From NCBI RefSeq assembly GCF_008000775.2, contig NZ_CP042905.2, positions 2,400,001 to 2,432,000 on the forward strand: a stretch of DNA of 32,000 nucleotides, written 5' to 3'. This DNA is from Promethearchaeum syntrophicum (GTDB taxonomy: Archaea > Asgardarchaeota > Lokiarchaeia > Sigyniarchaeales > Promethearchaeaceae). The translations under genes and the position numbers were made by a program. Positions 1 to 8,371 of the stretch are shown piece by piece. A model generated the notes under the pieces. The model worked only from the letters and a program-made list of their open reading frames with translations. It made no database searches and was not told the origin of the DNA. Numbering within the stretch: the first letter of the stretch is position 1; each line of letters starts with the position of its first letter.

Positions 1-1
1 A

Positions 2-214
2 CCAGAAGTTATTATTAAAATTGTACCAGAAAAACTCTCAACTAAATCAAATTCTTCACAAAAACTAAAAACACGAAGTCATTATACATCAAGTAAAACT
101 TCAAATAATCAATTTGATAAGAAAAGAAGAAATCCTAAATTTAATAATAAGAAAAAGAAAAAGAAACAATTTTATTCAAAGAATCGACAGAAGATATCAT
201 CTTCTGCGAAATAA
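2..214 (+). CDS. 3' end of an ORF entering from the left edge; Lys/Ser-rich basic tail, function unknown (partial)
   Basis: Frame 2 is open from the window edge to TAA at 212-214 (PEVIIKIVPEKL...KKKKKKQFYSKNRQKISSSAK*). A T7 run at 215-221 follows immediately. It is absent from the ORF track because it has no start codon in the window. Confidence 0.35.
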   Translation, partial: PEVIIKIVPEKLSTKSNSSQKLKTRSHYTSSKTSNNQFDKKRRNPKFNNKKKKKKQFYSKNRQKISSSAK

Positions 215-249
215 TTTTTTTAGCTTTTCCTAAGATGTTTGAAAGCGTT

Positions 250-2040
250 TTAAGAAGATTGATCTCTTTTTCTTCTTTGCGAAACATAAAAGCGCGCTGC
301 TTTATTTATATCATCATCATTTAAGCTTTTCTTGTTTAATCTGATTCTTAGTTGCTCAACAAATTTTCGACATAAAGTAATCGAAAGAGATTCGCCTAAA
401 TTCCTGATTTCTTCCCCGAGTTTTTCCGCTTCAATTGAAATTGGAGTAATTTCCACTTTAGGTTGCAAAATGAAATCTCCTAACGGATTTTTCTCCACTT
501 TACTTGAAACTGGCTTAATTTTTCTGATTTCCGCTTTGGTTTGAGCGCGTACACCTTTACTAATTAAGGGAGACCGTTCTAGCGTAAGTTTTTTCTCTCT
601 TGTTTGACCAGATTTGTAATTTGATAAAGAACTTTCTAAAAATTTCTCTTTCATTTCAATCCGAGAAGAATCAGAGGTTCCATTCAATCTATCTATGTTA
701 ATTGGTGCGATTTTATGTGTTTTTATTTCAAAATCTTTAATTGGCGCCCCAGGAGGCATTTCTTTAATTGAATTATCTTTCTTGGTTATCAAATCACTAA
801 AAAATGGATTTTTTTGATCCAATTTAGAAAATGTGGGGTCATTTTTTCTTTTAATCGAATCAAGGTTAGAAACGGGCAATTTTTTAATCTTTGGGACCCC
901 AATTTTATCTCCAGGTAATTGATTTACCCCTCTAAAATCTTTAAATTGGACTTTTTCAGGAGCTTTAAACATATCCTTTTCCAATTTTTTCTTATCTAAT
1001 TGTAATTGCAATTTTTCTTCTAATTCTTTAATTTTATTTTGAAATACTTCTAAATATGCAAATTCTTGATAAATTTCACAAATTCCTATCAATTCTCTTA
1101 GAAGTTCTATCCCTTCTGTATATTTTTCTTCTGCTACAAAATTATTCGCTTCTATAAGTTTTTTTCTAAATTCTTGGGGAAGGGATTCCTTTAAACCAAG
1201 TATTTTGGTAAAAATCATTGATAAATTTCCTAAAACATTTTGATCAATAAGATTTATATCAAAAATTTCTACATCCTTTAAATAAACATGCCTTTCCTTT
1301 AAAGCAGAAGAAGATACGAAATTTTGATTATCAGCATGGGTTAGTATAATCGCCCAATTACTATATTTTCCTTCTCTTCGCTTTAAATTGATGAAAAATT
1401 TGATTTTTTCATCATTAAAATTTGAACCATCAATAATAAAAAATATTACATCAGATCCTCTCGTAAAATTATTCCAAAGAGGGGAAAAATCATCTCTTGC
1501 TATGAAATCCCAGAGATCAAAGAAAATATTGCCCATCTTAATCTTGTAATAAAAAGCAAAATCCATAATTTTATGACCATGAGATTTATCTTCTTGATTC
1601 AATATATTTACAATCGTAGATTTACCAGATCCTACTGGTCCAATCATGGTTATTTTAGGATGTAGGTAATAATGAGTTTCTTTTATGAAAATCGTGAATT
1701 CCTCTTTTTCTGGGGAAATTTCTTTAATTTTCTTTGGGTCTGGGAAATTTTTAAGAAATAATTTTGAAGCTCTCTCCACTTCTTTGGCAATTAATTTAGG
1801 TCTATCAGCCATATCTGTTACAAATAAAAAGAAAACGCCATTAGCGTAAACGAAATGCGTTTGGAAATCAAGTAAAGATTTGTTAAGAATTTTTCCTTCA
1901 ACTGGATTCGTAATATAGGATAGAAGTCTCTTTTTTAGTACTATTTCCAAAGCTTCCTTATCAAAAGCTTTAGCGAAGAAATATTGGAATACAATTTCAT
2001 TATCATAATATATAAAGACTTGTCTTAACATTTTTATCAT
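250..2040 (-). CDS. Longin-like N-terminal domain fused to an Arf-family-like small GTPase domain with degenerate G3/G4 motifs, then coiled-coil and a Lys/Pro-rich tail
   Basis: P-loop GPVGSGKST is present. 'FDLWDFIARDDFSPLWNNFTRGSDVIFFIIDGSN' lines up with the Arf interswitch/switch II signature (f.vWDvGGQ..iRplW....glIfVvDs.D). 'LTHAD' sits at the NKxD position. The first ~125 aa (VFIYYDNEIVFQYFF...GVFFLFVTDMADR...ASKLFLKNF) show a beta-beta-alpha-beta-beta-beta-alpha-alpha hydrophobic pattern as in longin/SRX/sigma-adaptin folds (inference). The ATG at 2040 overlaps the upstream gene's TGA by 1 nt; the track start at 2043 is a TTG. Confidence 0.75.
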   Translation of the reverse strand: MIKMLRQVFIYYDNEIVFQYFFAKAFDKEALEIVLKKRLLSYITNPVEGKILNKSLLDFQTHFVYANGVFFLFVTDMADRPKLIAKEVERASKLFLKNFPDPKKIKEISPEKEEFTIFIKETHYYLHPKITMIGPVGSGKSTIVNILNQEDKSHGHKIMDFAFYYKIKMGNIFFDLWDFIARDDFSPLWNNFTRGSDVIFFIIDGSNFNDEKIKFFINLKRREGKYSNWAIILTHADNQNFVSSSALKERHVYLKDVEIFDINLIDQNVLGNLSMIFTKILGLKESLPQEFRKKLIEANNFVAEEKYTEGIELLRELIGICEIYQEFAYLEVFQNKIKELEEKLQLQLDKKKLEKDMFKAPEKVQFKDFRGVNQLPGDKIGVPKIKKLPVSNLDSIKRKNDPTFSKLDQKNPFFSDLITKKDNSIKEMPPGAPIKDFEIKTHKIAPINIDRLNGTSDSSRIEMKEKFLESSLSNYKSGQTREKKLTLERSPLISKGVRAQTKAEIRKIKPVSSKVEKNPLGDFILQPKVEITPISIEAEKLGEEIRNLGESLSITLCRKFVEQLRIRLNKKSLNDDDINKAARFYVSQRRKRDQSS

Positions 2041-3458
2041 CAAATATGCGTTTTTTTTAACCTCGAAAGTGTTTGGCGTACGGCATCGATCCTTATGTCT
2101 TCAGCAGATATACTTTTAAGTAAATTTTCTGTTAAAGAGTATGCATCTTCAATTAAATGCATTTCTTCGAGTAGTTCGATAAGTTGTAATGAATGATCTG
2201 TGTTTAGTTGTTCAATTTCATTTTGTACTAACGCTTTTTCTAATATTTCCATTTCTTCATCAGTAACGACTATATCTTCATCAGTAAATTCTTCTTCTTC
2301 ATCAGGAATTTCTTCTTCTTCATCAGGAATTTCTCCTTCTTCATCAGAAACTTCTCTTTCTTCATCAGAAACTTCTCTTTCTTCATCAGAAACTTCTCTT
2401 TCTTCATCAGAAACTTCTCCCTCTTCTTCAGAACCTTCTTTTTTTAATACATGAATTATTTCTTTTTTAGGTTGCTCATAACCAAAAATATATTTCTGTA
2501 TTTCATCTCTAATTAAAAATTTTAAAGCTTCAGGTATATTTAATTCGTTTTTTGAAAAGGAACGAACTAATCCTTTAAATCCTTGTAAAATTGCATAGGG
2601 TTCTGTGTATTCAGAAATTCCTTGTAAAATTTCCTTTAAAAATATAACAGAATCATCATCATTTGCTCGAATAGATGAGTTAAATAATGTAATTAGACCT
2701 TGTTCTCGCAGAAATTTACTTTTGATGCTTGATACAATACTTTCTTGAGCAAATTTTATCAATTCGTTAAAATTTTGATTTGGAATTTTTTCAATTATAT
2801 CCGAAATAAATAATATTACTGTATTTTTTAATCTGTCATCATTTCTTGCTACTCCCGATGTATAATTGATTATTATATAGCGTATCCGTTCTATTCCTTC
2901 ATCGATTTTTGGAGGATCTTCAGTTAAAAGATAGAAAGTGCTTTCTAAAATCGATAATATTTTATCTTGGCTATCAATTTGGAATGGAATGTATTTAATC
3001 AATTCTGGTTGAGGTCCACCAGTAGGCTTTTTCATTTTTTTACTTCTTTTACTTTTTCCTGATTTTTTTGAAGGTTCTTTTGAGGTACTGCTTTTAGTTT
3101 TAACCAATGTTAATTCCTGAATTTGAAATTCTTGAATTGGTTGAAAAATAATTCTGGAATCTTGTTCCCAGCAAGCAAAGATTTGATTTTCAGTTAATTT
3201 TTCTCGGATTTTTTTTGGAACTGTTATACTACCACTTTTAGTAAGCTTAATTATCTCTACTGGTTGAGTTGGAAGATTTACTTTAGCAACTGGAATTTCA
3301 TTTTCTTCTTTTTTGACTTCCGATTCTGGTTTTTCTGCTGATGCTGGTTTATCCACTGTTTCTATTTTGTTTTTATTTGGTTTTTCACTTTGTATGGTCG
3401 ATGCATTTTCTTGATTTTTTTCTTTTTCTACAAAGTTATCAGCAATTTTTTCTCCCAT
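2040..3458 (-). CDS. SpoVT/AbrB-domain protein with a helical central domain and an acidic heptad-repeat region
   Basis: 472-aa ORF. 'IKLTKSGSITVPKKIREKLTENQIFACWEQDSRIIFQPI' matches the swapped-hairpin AbrB/MazE pattern (k.G.itiPk.iR..l....gd......i.l.P). It has K/E-rich disordered N-terminal and linker segments, a ~200-aa helical region, then (x-[S/P/T]-D-E-E-x-E) repeats. It is translationally coupled to the downstream GTPase gene. Confidence 0.7.
   Translation of the reverse strand: MGEKIADNFVEKEKNQENASTIQSEKPNKNKIETVDKPASAEKPESEVKKEENEIPVAKVNLPTQPVEIIKLTKSGSITVPKKIREKLTENQIFACWEQDSRIIFQPIQEFQIQELTLVKTKSSTSKEPSKKSGKSKRSKKMKKPTGGPQPELIKYIPFQIDSQDKILSILESTFYLLTEDPPKIDEGIERIRYIIINYTSGVARNDDRLKNTVILFISDIIEKIPNQNFNELIKFAQESIVSSIKSKFLREQGLITLFNSSIRANDDDSVIFLKEILQGISEYTEPYAILQGFKGLVRSFSKNELNIPEALKFLIRDEIQKYIFGYEQPKKEIIHVLKKEGSEEEGEVSDEEREVSDEEREVSDEEREVSDEEGEIPDEEEEIPDEEEEFTDEDIVVTDEEMEILEKALVQNEIEQLNTDHSLQLIELLEEMHLIEDAYSLTENLLKSISAEDIRIDAVRQTLSRLKKTHI
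2256..2436 (-). repeat. Intragenic tandem repeat, 21-bp unit, about 8.5 copies, encoding acidic heptapeptides (EEREVSD / EEEIPDE)
   Basis: 'ttcatcag' recurs at 2256, 2277, 2298, 2319, 2340, 2361, 2382 and 2403, an exact 21-nt period. The units at 2340, 2361 and 2382 are identical (ttcatcagaaacttctctttc). Confidence 0.9.
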
Positions 3459-3522
3459 ATTTCAAATATTTAAACTATTTCCCAAAAAGTTTTTTGTATT
3501 TAAACTATAACTATAATTAAAC
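3459..3522. promoter_or_regulatory. 64-bp divergent promoter region with two copies of a 12-nt TATA-like element
   Basis: 'tatttaaactat' occurs at 3467-3478 and 3497-3508, 30 bp apart. Each copy lies about 10-25 nt from one of the two divergent ATGs (3458 on the minus strand, 3523 on the plus strand), consistent with archaeal TATA boxes and short or absent leaders. Confidence 0.4.
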
Positions 3523-4512
3523 ATGGGCTTTAGTGAAGAGGATTTAGTAAATTATTTTTCTAAAGGAAAAAATTATGTCCCCAAAGAAGCCATGAAAAAG
3601 CTAAATCAATTGTTATTTAAAGAGTTAGGTGAATATTGTCAAGTCTGCGAAGAGGATCGAATGATTTGTGTATTATCTCCAATGTGTCCTAGGCGAATAT
3701 TACTTAAAGTTCGAATTCAATCAGGAGCTAATAAGGATGATCTTCCCAAATTTTGTTATTCCCAAGCAGTAAATAATTTGAAGAGATATATGAAAAAATT
3801 AACAACTCTCTATAAACCAGTTGATGAACTTGTTTATAATAAAGATTTCATAGATATTATGTTTCCCAAATTATATGATAAATTTGTATCATATTTTAAC
3901 ACCGATATTGATAGAATTCATCAATTAATTGAAAGCAGTAAAGTTCCTGCAGAAAAATTCGATATCAATAGTTTAGATAATCAAATATTTCGAAAGATTA
4001 TAAACCAAAATAAACTAATCCGAGAAGGAACGTTTATTTATCATATAACCGAGAATTTATTACTAATATGGTATGAAGAAGCGATATTTATAAGTGATTT
4101 TTCCGATGACTCACATCTCACCATATGTAATGCAAAATATGATGTCATTGTGAATTTGAAGATTATTCAAATTGTTTTTCAAATTTATTGTGCACAATAT
4201 GGAATCATTGGTCATTCAATTTTAAACAGCCCTAATCAAATTTCACTTGAAATGAAAGTCCCAAACTCAGAAATATCTCAAGATCTATTAGACAATAACT
4301 CTGTATTTTTTTCAGAAATAATTATATTCCTTCAAGAATTCTTTTCTGAGATTGAAATATCCCAAGATTCGGATAATTTCATGAGATTTTCTATAATATA
4401 CCAAAATGTTGAACATTTTTTAAAAAGGAATATGCTTAAACCTTTAACATATAAATCAATTGAATCCATGATAGAAAAGATTAATGGATTAAAAATCGAT
4501 AAAATAAAGTAA
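3523..4512 (+). CDS. Hypothetical protein with an N-terminal CxxC-x7-C-x5-C motif
   Basis: 329-aa ORF with no recognisable family. Contains 'CQVCEEDRMICVLSPMC'. It is divergent from the AbrB/GTPase operon and lies 37 nt upstream of the HEAT-repeat gene. Confidence 0.6.
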   Translation: MGFSEEDLVNYFSKGKNYVPKEAMKKLNQLLFKELGEYCQVCEEDRMICVLSPMCPRRILLKVRIQSGANKDDLPKFCYSQAVNNLKRYMKKLTTLYKPVDELVYNKDFIDIMFPKLYDKFVSYFNTDIDRIHQLIESSKVPAEKFDINSLDNQIFRKIINQNKLIREGTFIYHITENLLLIWYEEAIFISDFSDDSHLTICNAKYDVIVNLKIIQIVFQIYCAQYGIIGHSILNSPNQISLEMKVPNSEISQDLLDNNSVFFSEIIIFLQEFFSEIEISQDSDNFMRFSIIYQNVEHFLKRNMLKPLTYKSIESMIEKINGLKIDKIK

Positions 4513-4549
4513 TAATATATAAAAATAATACTGTAGGAGATAAATAATA

Positions 4550-5686
4550 ATGGGTCAAATAATGGAACAAATATTTGAATTTCTTGATAATCAAAAATAT
4601 AATGAGGCAATCCAATTAATTAAAGAGAACTTGGCTAAAAGAGATCCAGCATTCATCGAAGATCTGGTTCCGAGTTTGAATATTATAACAAGTAGTTCAA
4701 TCGAAGTTGCAGAATCTATTATGGCTCCCCTTTTAGGAATTTTAAACATTGATGATGATGTAATACGTTATTCAATTATACTTTCTATTAGAGATTTTGT
4801 AATAGAACATAAAGAGCTAATTTTCCCTTATGTTGAAGACTATTTAAAATATGGAACTCCAAAGAAAAGGGAAGGAATGTTATTACTTATCAAATACATT
4901 GCAGATACCGATCCAAAGGCATTAAAATCATTCTATAAATTACTCGCATACGAATTAAGTGATTCAATTGACTATATTCGTAAGAAAACCGTTGAAATTC
5001 TTCAAGCAATTGGTAAAGCGGATAGACACGAAATAGAAGCTTGCATTTTTGATTATTTAAAAGCGGAACAAGAAGAATCTGAAAAAAATATTGCTGATGA
5101 AGAATTATTGCTCGAAGCGGATAAAATTATGGCAAGTATTAAAGAATCCACCCAATTAAAACCTCAAGATAAGCTCGTAATTGATGTTGCAGATAAAATT
5201 CTTAAGAAAGGTGCAGATGGGGCTTCAAAACGTGCGGATAATGAGAAAATTACTCATGCTGCTGATACAGTCTTAAAAGATATCGTAGGTTTAAAAGCTT
5301 TGAATAAGGAAGAACTTGAAAAACGGCATTTAGAAGCTCAATCGAAAGCCATAAAAGAGAAATTATTGGAAGATAAGAAGAAGTTGGAGATTGAAAGGCT
5401 AGAATTAGAAGCTGAAAAGGAAAAAATCGATGAGGAACGTTTAAAACAAGAAAAATCTCATCTTGAAAAAGAGAAAACTTTGCTAGAGAAAAAAATGGAA
5501 TTATCTCAAGTCAAACAAGAACTTGAATTAAAAAAGATCGAAGAAGAAAAAATGAAAATAATTGAGGAAGAAGAAAGAAGAATTCAAGAAAAACTTAAAA
5601 AAAGTGAAGAATCAGAGGAATCAGAGGTATCAGAAGAAAATCATGAAGATACTGCGTCTAATAATAATCAAAACCATTTTGAATAA
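4550..5686 (+). CDS. HEAT/ARM-like alpha-solenoid N-terminal domain plus a long K/E-rich coiled coil and an acidic Ser/Glu tail
   Basis: 378-aa ORF. The first ~170 aa have repeated helix-turn-helix periodicity with HEAT-like segments (DDDVIRYSIILSIRDFV, KREGMLLLIKYIADTDP, YIRKKTVEILQAIGKAD). Residues ~250-350 are heptad-rich (LEIERLELEAEKEKIDEERLKQEK...). The tail reads SEESEESEVSEE. Confidence 0.6.
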   Translation: MGQIMEQIFEFLDNQKYNEAIQLIKENLAKRDPAFIEDLVPSLNIITSSSIEVAESIMAPLLGILNIDDDVIRYSIILSIRDFVIEHKELIFPYVEDYLKYGTPKKREGMLLLIKYIADTDPKALKSFYKLLAYELSDSIDYIRKKTVEILQAIGKADRHEIEACIFDYLKAEQEESEKNIADEELLLEADKIMASIKESTQLKPQDKLVIDVADKILKKGADGASKRADNEKITHAADTVLKDIVGLKALNKEELEKRHLEAQSKAIKEKLLEDKKKLEIERLELEAEKEKIDEERLKQEKSHLEKEKTLLEKKMELSQVKQELELKKIEEEKMKIIEEEERRIQEKLKKSEESEESEVSEENHEDTASNNNQNHFE

Positions 5687-5700
5687 AGGGGAAGAATAAA

Positions 5701-6999
5701 TTGAAAATTTCAAAAGGATGTATTTTAGCAGCAGGTAAAGGAACTAGATTATTACCCTTAACTGAAACGAAACCAAAACCACTCATTCCAATTGCAGGAA
5801 AACCATTACTTCAACATTCAATAGAAATGTTTCGGGAAAACAATATTACAAAAATCCTTTTAATAGTTGGTCATTACAAGGAAAAAATTGAAGAATTTTT
5901 TGGAAATGGCGCTGATTTTGGAGTCGAAATCTCGTATATAGAACAAAAGGAATTTTTGGGAACTGCTCATGCTACCAATCTTGCAAAAAATTTTGCTGAT
6001 CAAGATCCCTTCCTTCTTTTCTACGGAGATCAGTATATGGATTCACGCATTTTTGAAAAAATACTTGATGAGTTTTCTACAAATACATATGATGGGTTAA
6101 TTTCTGCTAAATATATGGAAGATCCGGAAAAATGGGGTATCTTAAAATCAAATAAAGAAGGATTTTTAGAAAACCTTATTGAAAAACCACCTGATAATCG
6201 ATATGGAAATCTAGCAAATGCAGGGGTATACATATTTAACCAAGATATCTTTGAGGGAATTGCTAACACAGAAAAATCTCTAAGAGGAGAATATGAATTA
6301 ACAGACTCGATTCAGTATTTAGTAGACAGAAATAAAAAAATAAAGATCGTAGATATTTCCAATTATTATTGGAATGGTGTTGGATATCCTTGGCAAATTC
6401 TTGAAACGAATCATCATATTATTTCAGAAATGAATACAGATTTAATTCATAGCAGTGTGGTAGAAGAAGGATCAGTGACTATCAAAGGAATTGTCGAGAT
6501 AGGAGAAAACACATTATTAAAAGCGGGAACTTATATCGAAGGTCCCTTGATTATCGGAAAAAACTGTGTTATAGGTCCAAATGCATATCTTCGTCCTTAT
6601 TCAACCATTGGTGATAATTGCAAAATCGGCAATTCTTCAGAGATTAAGGCATCTATAATAATGAATCATACAGCAGTGCCCCATCTTTCCTATGTTGGGG
6701 ATTCTATTATTGGAGAACATGTCAATTTAGGATGCGGTACAGTTACTGCAAATGTTCGCCTTGATAAGAAAAATATCTCCATGGAACTTAAAGGTAACTT
6801 AATTGAAACCCATAAAAGGAAATTAGGCGCATTTATTGGAGATTACGCAAGTATCGGAATAAATGTTAATATAATGCCAGGAAAATGCATAGGGTCTTAT
6901 TGTGAAATAGGCAGTAATACAATAATATCGAAAAACGTTCCCGCAAATTCATTGCTATTTACAAAACCAAAACAACAACAAATCCTAAGAAAAAAATAA
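5701..6999 (+). CDS. Bifunctional sugar-1-phosphate nucleotidyltransferase / hexapeptide-repeat acetyltransferase (archaeal GlmU-like)
   Basis: The N-terminus 'ILAAGKGTRLLPLTETKPKPLIPIAGKPLL' is the nucleotidyltransferase signature. The C-terminal ~170 aa are left-handed beta-helix hexapeptide repeats (IGKNCVIGPNAYL..IGDNCKIGNSSEI...IGEHVNLGCGT). TTG start preceded by GGGGA. Confidence 0.85.
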   Translation: MKISKGCILAAGKGTRLLPLTETKPKPLIPIAGKPLLQHSIEMFRENNITKILLIVGHYKEKIEEFFGNGADFGVEISYIEQKEFLGTAHATNLAKNFADQDPFLLFYGDQYMDSRIFEKILDEFSTNTYDGLISAKYMEDPEKWGILKSNKEGFLENLIEKPPDNRYGNLANAGVYIFNQDIFEGIANTEKSLRGEYELTDSIQYLVDRNKKIKIVDISNYYWNGVGYPWQILETNHHIISEMNTDLIHSSVVEEGSVTIKGIVEIGENTLLKAGTYIEGPLIIGKNCVIGPNAYLRPYSTIGDNCKIGNSSEIKASIIMNHTAVPHLSYVGDSIIGEHVNLGCGTVTANVRLDKKNISMELKGNLIETHKRKLGAFIGDYASIGINVNIMPGKCIGSYCEIGSNTIISKNVPANSLLFTKPKQQQILRKK

Positions 7000-7190
7000 A
7001 AATCAATAATTCAACACCAATTGGTTAATTTTTAGATATATAAATAGGAGGGGAATATCGGAGTGAAAGATTTCCATCATTGTTCTTAAGATTTAAATGG
7101 AAAAGAGATGAATTTCAATCTCAAAATAGTCACATTCTTTTTATTTACTTCTTTCCGCCTAAGAATCACTGAATAATTTTATAAATTAAG

Positions 7191-7997
7191 GTGAAAACGG
7201 TGACAATTAAATTACCCAAAATAGGTTTAGGAACTTGGCAATTAAAGAATAAAAAATGTCAAGATTCTGTATTGAAAGCTCTGGAAATTGGCTATCGGCT
7301 AGTTGACACAGCTCAAATGTATGGAAATGAAGAACAAGTCGGAAATGCACTAAGTGAAGGGACCGTGCCCCGCAATGAGATATTTCTTGCAACAAAGCTT
7401 TTCGTGAATGATTTATCTCCAAAAAAAGTAGCTAAAAAGACTCTGGAAAGCCTAAGTCGATTGAAAACCGAGTATCTTGATCTTCTCTATATTCATTGGC
7501 CTGCGGGAAAATACAATCCGAAGAAAACACTCTCAGCATTTGAAACATTGGTTGATGAAGGAAAGATTAAACATATCGGAATTTCAAATTTTACACCTAA
7601 ATTGATTGATGAAGCATTGCAGGTCATGAAAAAACCTATCTTTGCAAACCAAGTGGAAAACCACCCGCTGCTGAAGCAAGTTCCACTTCGCCAATATTTA
7701 AAAGAAAAAGAAATTAAGTTGGTTTCCTATTCTCCGCTTGCAAGGGGAAATGTAAGAGGTGTCCCGGAGCTGGAAGAAATCGCAAAGAATCACAACACAA
7801 ATCCATTTCAAGTGTCGATAGCCTGGGAAATCTCAAAAGGGGCGATCCCAATCCCAAAAGCTAGCAGTGAAGGGCATCTTCGGAACAATTTTGATGCCCA
7901 ATTTCTAACCCTCGATGCAGAAGAGATACAAAAAGTGGATTCTATCCAAACGGAAACCCGTTTTCTAAACCCCCCTTTCATTCGGCCCAAATGGTAA
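7191..7997 (+). CDS. Aldo/keto reductase (2,5-diketo-D-gluconate reductase-like)
   Basis: 'LGTWQL', 'GYRLVDTAQMYGNEEQVG', 'LDLLYIHWP', 'IGISNF' and 'VENHPLL' are classical AKR motifs. The start is uncertain: GTG at 7191, or in-frame GTG at 7200, which has a GGTGA Shine-Dalgarno at 7189-7193. Confidence 0.85.
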   Translation: MKTVTIKLPKIGLGTWQLKNKKCQDSVLKALEIGYRLVDTAQMYGNEEQVGNALSEGTVPRNEIFLATKLFVNDLSPKKVAKKTLESLSRLKTEYLDLLYIHWPAGKYNPKKTLSAFETLVDEGKIKHIGISNFTPKLIDEALQVMKKPIFANQVENHPLLKQVPLRQYLKEKEIKLVSYSPLARGNVRGVPELEEIAKNHNTNPFQVSIAWEISKGAIPIPKASSEGHLRNNFDAQFLTLDAEEIQKVDSIQTETRFLNPPFIRPKW

Positions 7998-8040
7998 AGT
8001 ATAGAGCGTAAATATTTTGGTATAATTCTCTTCAACCATC

Positions 8041-8047
8041 TTTTTTT
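8041..8047 (+). terminator. Oligo-T run downstream of the AKR gene (archaeal-type terminator candidate)
   Basis: T7 tract 44 nt after the stop codon at 7995-7997. Confidence 0.3.
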
Positions 8048-8332
8048 ATTTTGAAGAAATAAATTCTTTCTGAATAAAGGACTTGTCATTGCTCTGAGAA
8101 GAGCTTCGTAGTTTATTTCAAAACTAACTTCAGTCCCAAGCTTAAAATCGTTGTTATTTGTATCGATAATTAAATAATCACTTGAACCTCCGCGAAATTA
8201 CCGCGCTTTTTTTCTAGTATACAAATTTTAATTTTGGGTTTTGTCAATATTACGTCACATCTCCTTCCCTAATTAGATTTTTACAAATTGTGCGATATTA
8301 GGAAATTTCTAATTAAATTAAATAAAAAACAG

Positions 8333-8341
8333 AAAAAAAAA
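8333..8341 (-). terminator. Oligo-T (T9 on the minus strand) terminator candidate for the r-protein operon
   Basis: A9 on the plus strand, about 31 nt downstream of the S3Ae stop at 8372. Confidence 0.4.
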
Positions 8342-8371
8342 TTTAAACAAAAAGATTTAGAGTTTCTCAAT

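Noticed and set aside
2200-2454. 84-aa Ser-rich ORF on the plus strand (SSSSGISSSSSGISPSSSETSLSSSETS...)
   Set aside because: It is the antisense reading of the acidic 21-bp repeat tract of the 472-aa minus-strand gene. The repeat periodicity creates the open frame, and there is no independent start context.
7191-7997. Elevated G+C of the aldo/keto reductase gene (hand counts 29/60 at 7321-7380 and 28/60 at 7861-7920) as evidence of horizontal transfer
   Set aside because: The ribosomal protein genes show the same elevation (31/60 at 9421-9480). GC enrichment here seems to track conserved or highly expressed coding sequence, so it is not diagnostic without proper composition and phylogeny analysis.
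8190-8216. Hairpin 'cgcg-aaattac-cgcg' followed by T7 in the 375-bp convergent spacer, considered as the terminator of an unannotated sRNA
   Set aside because: The stem is only 4 bp, I could not identify an upstream promoter or conserved structure, and archaeal termination does not need the hairpin. It is too weak to call.
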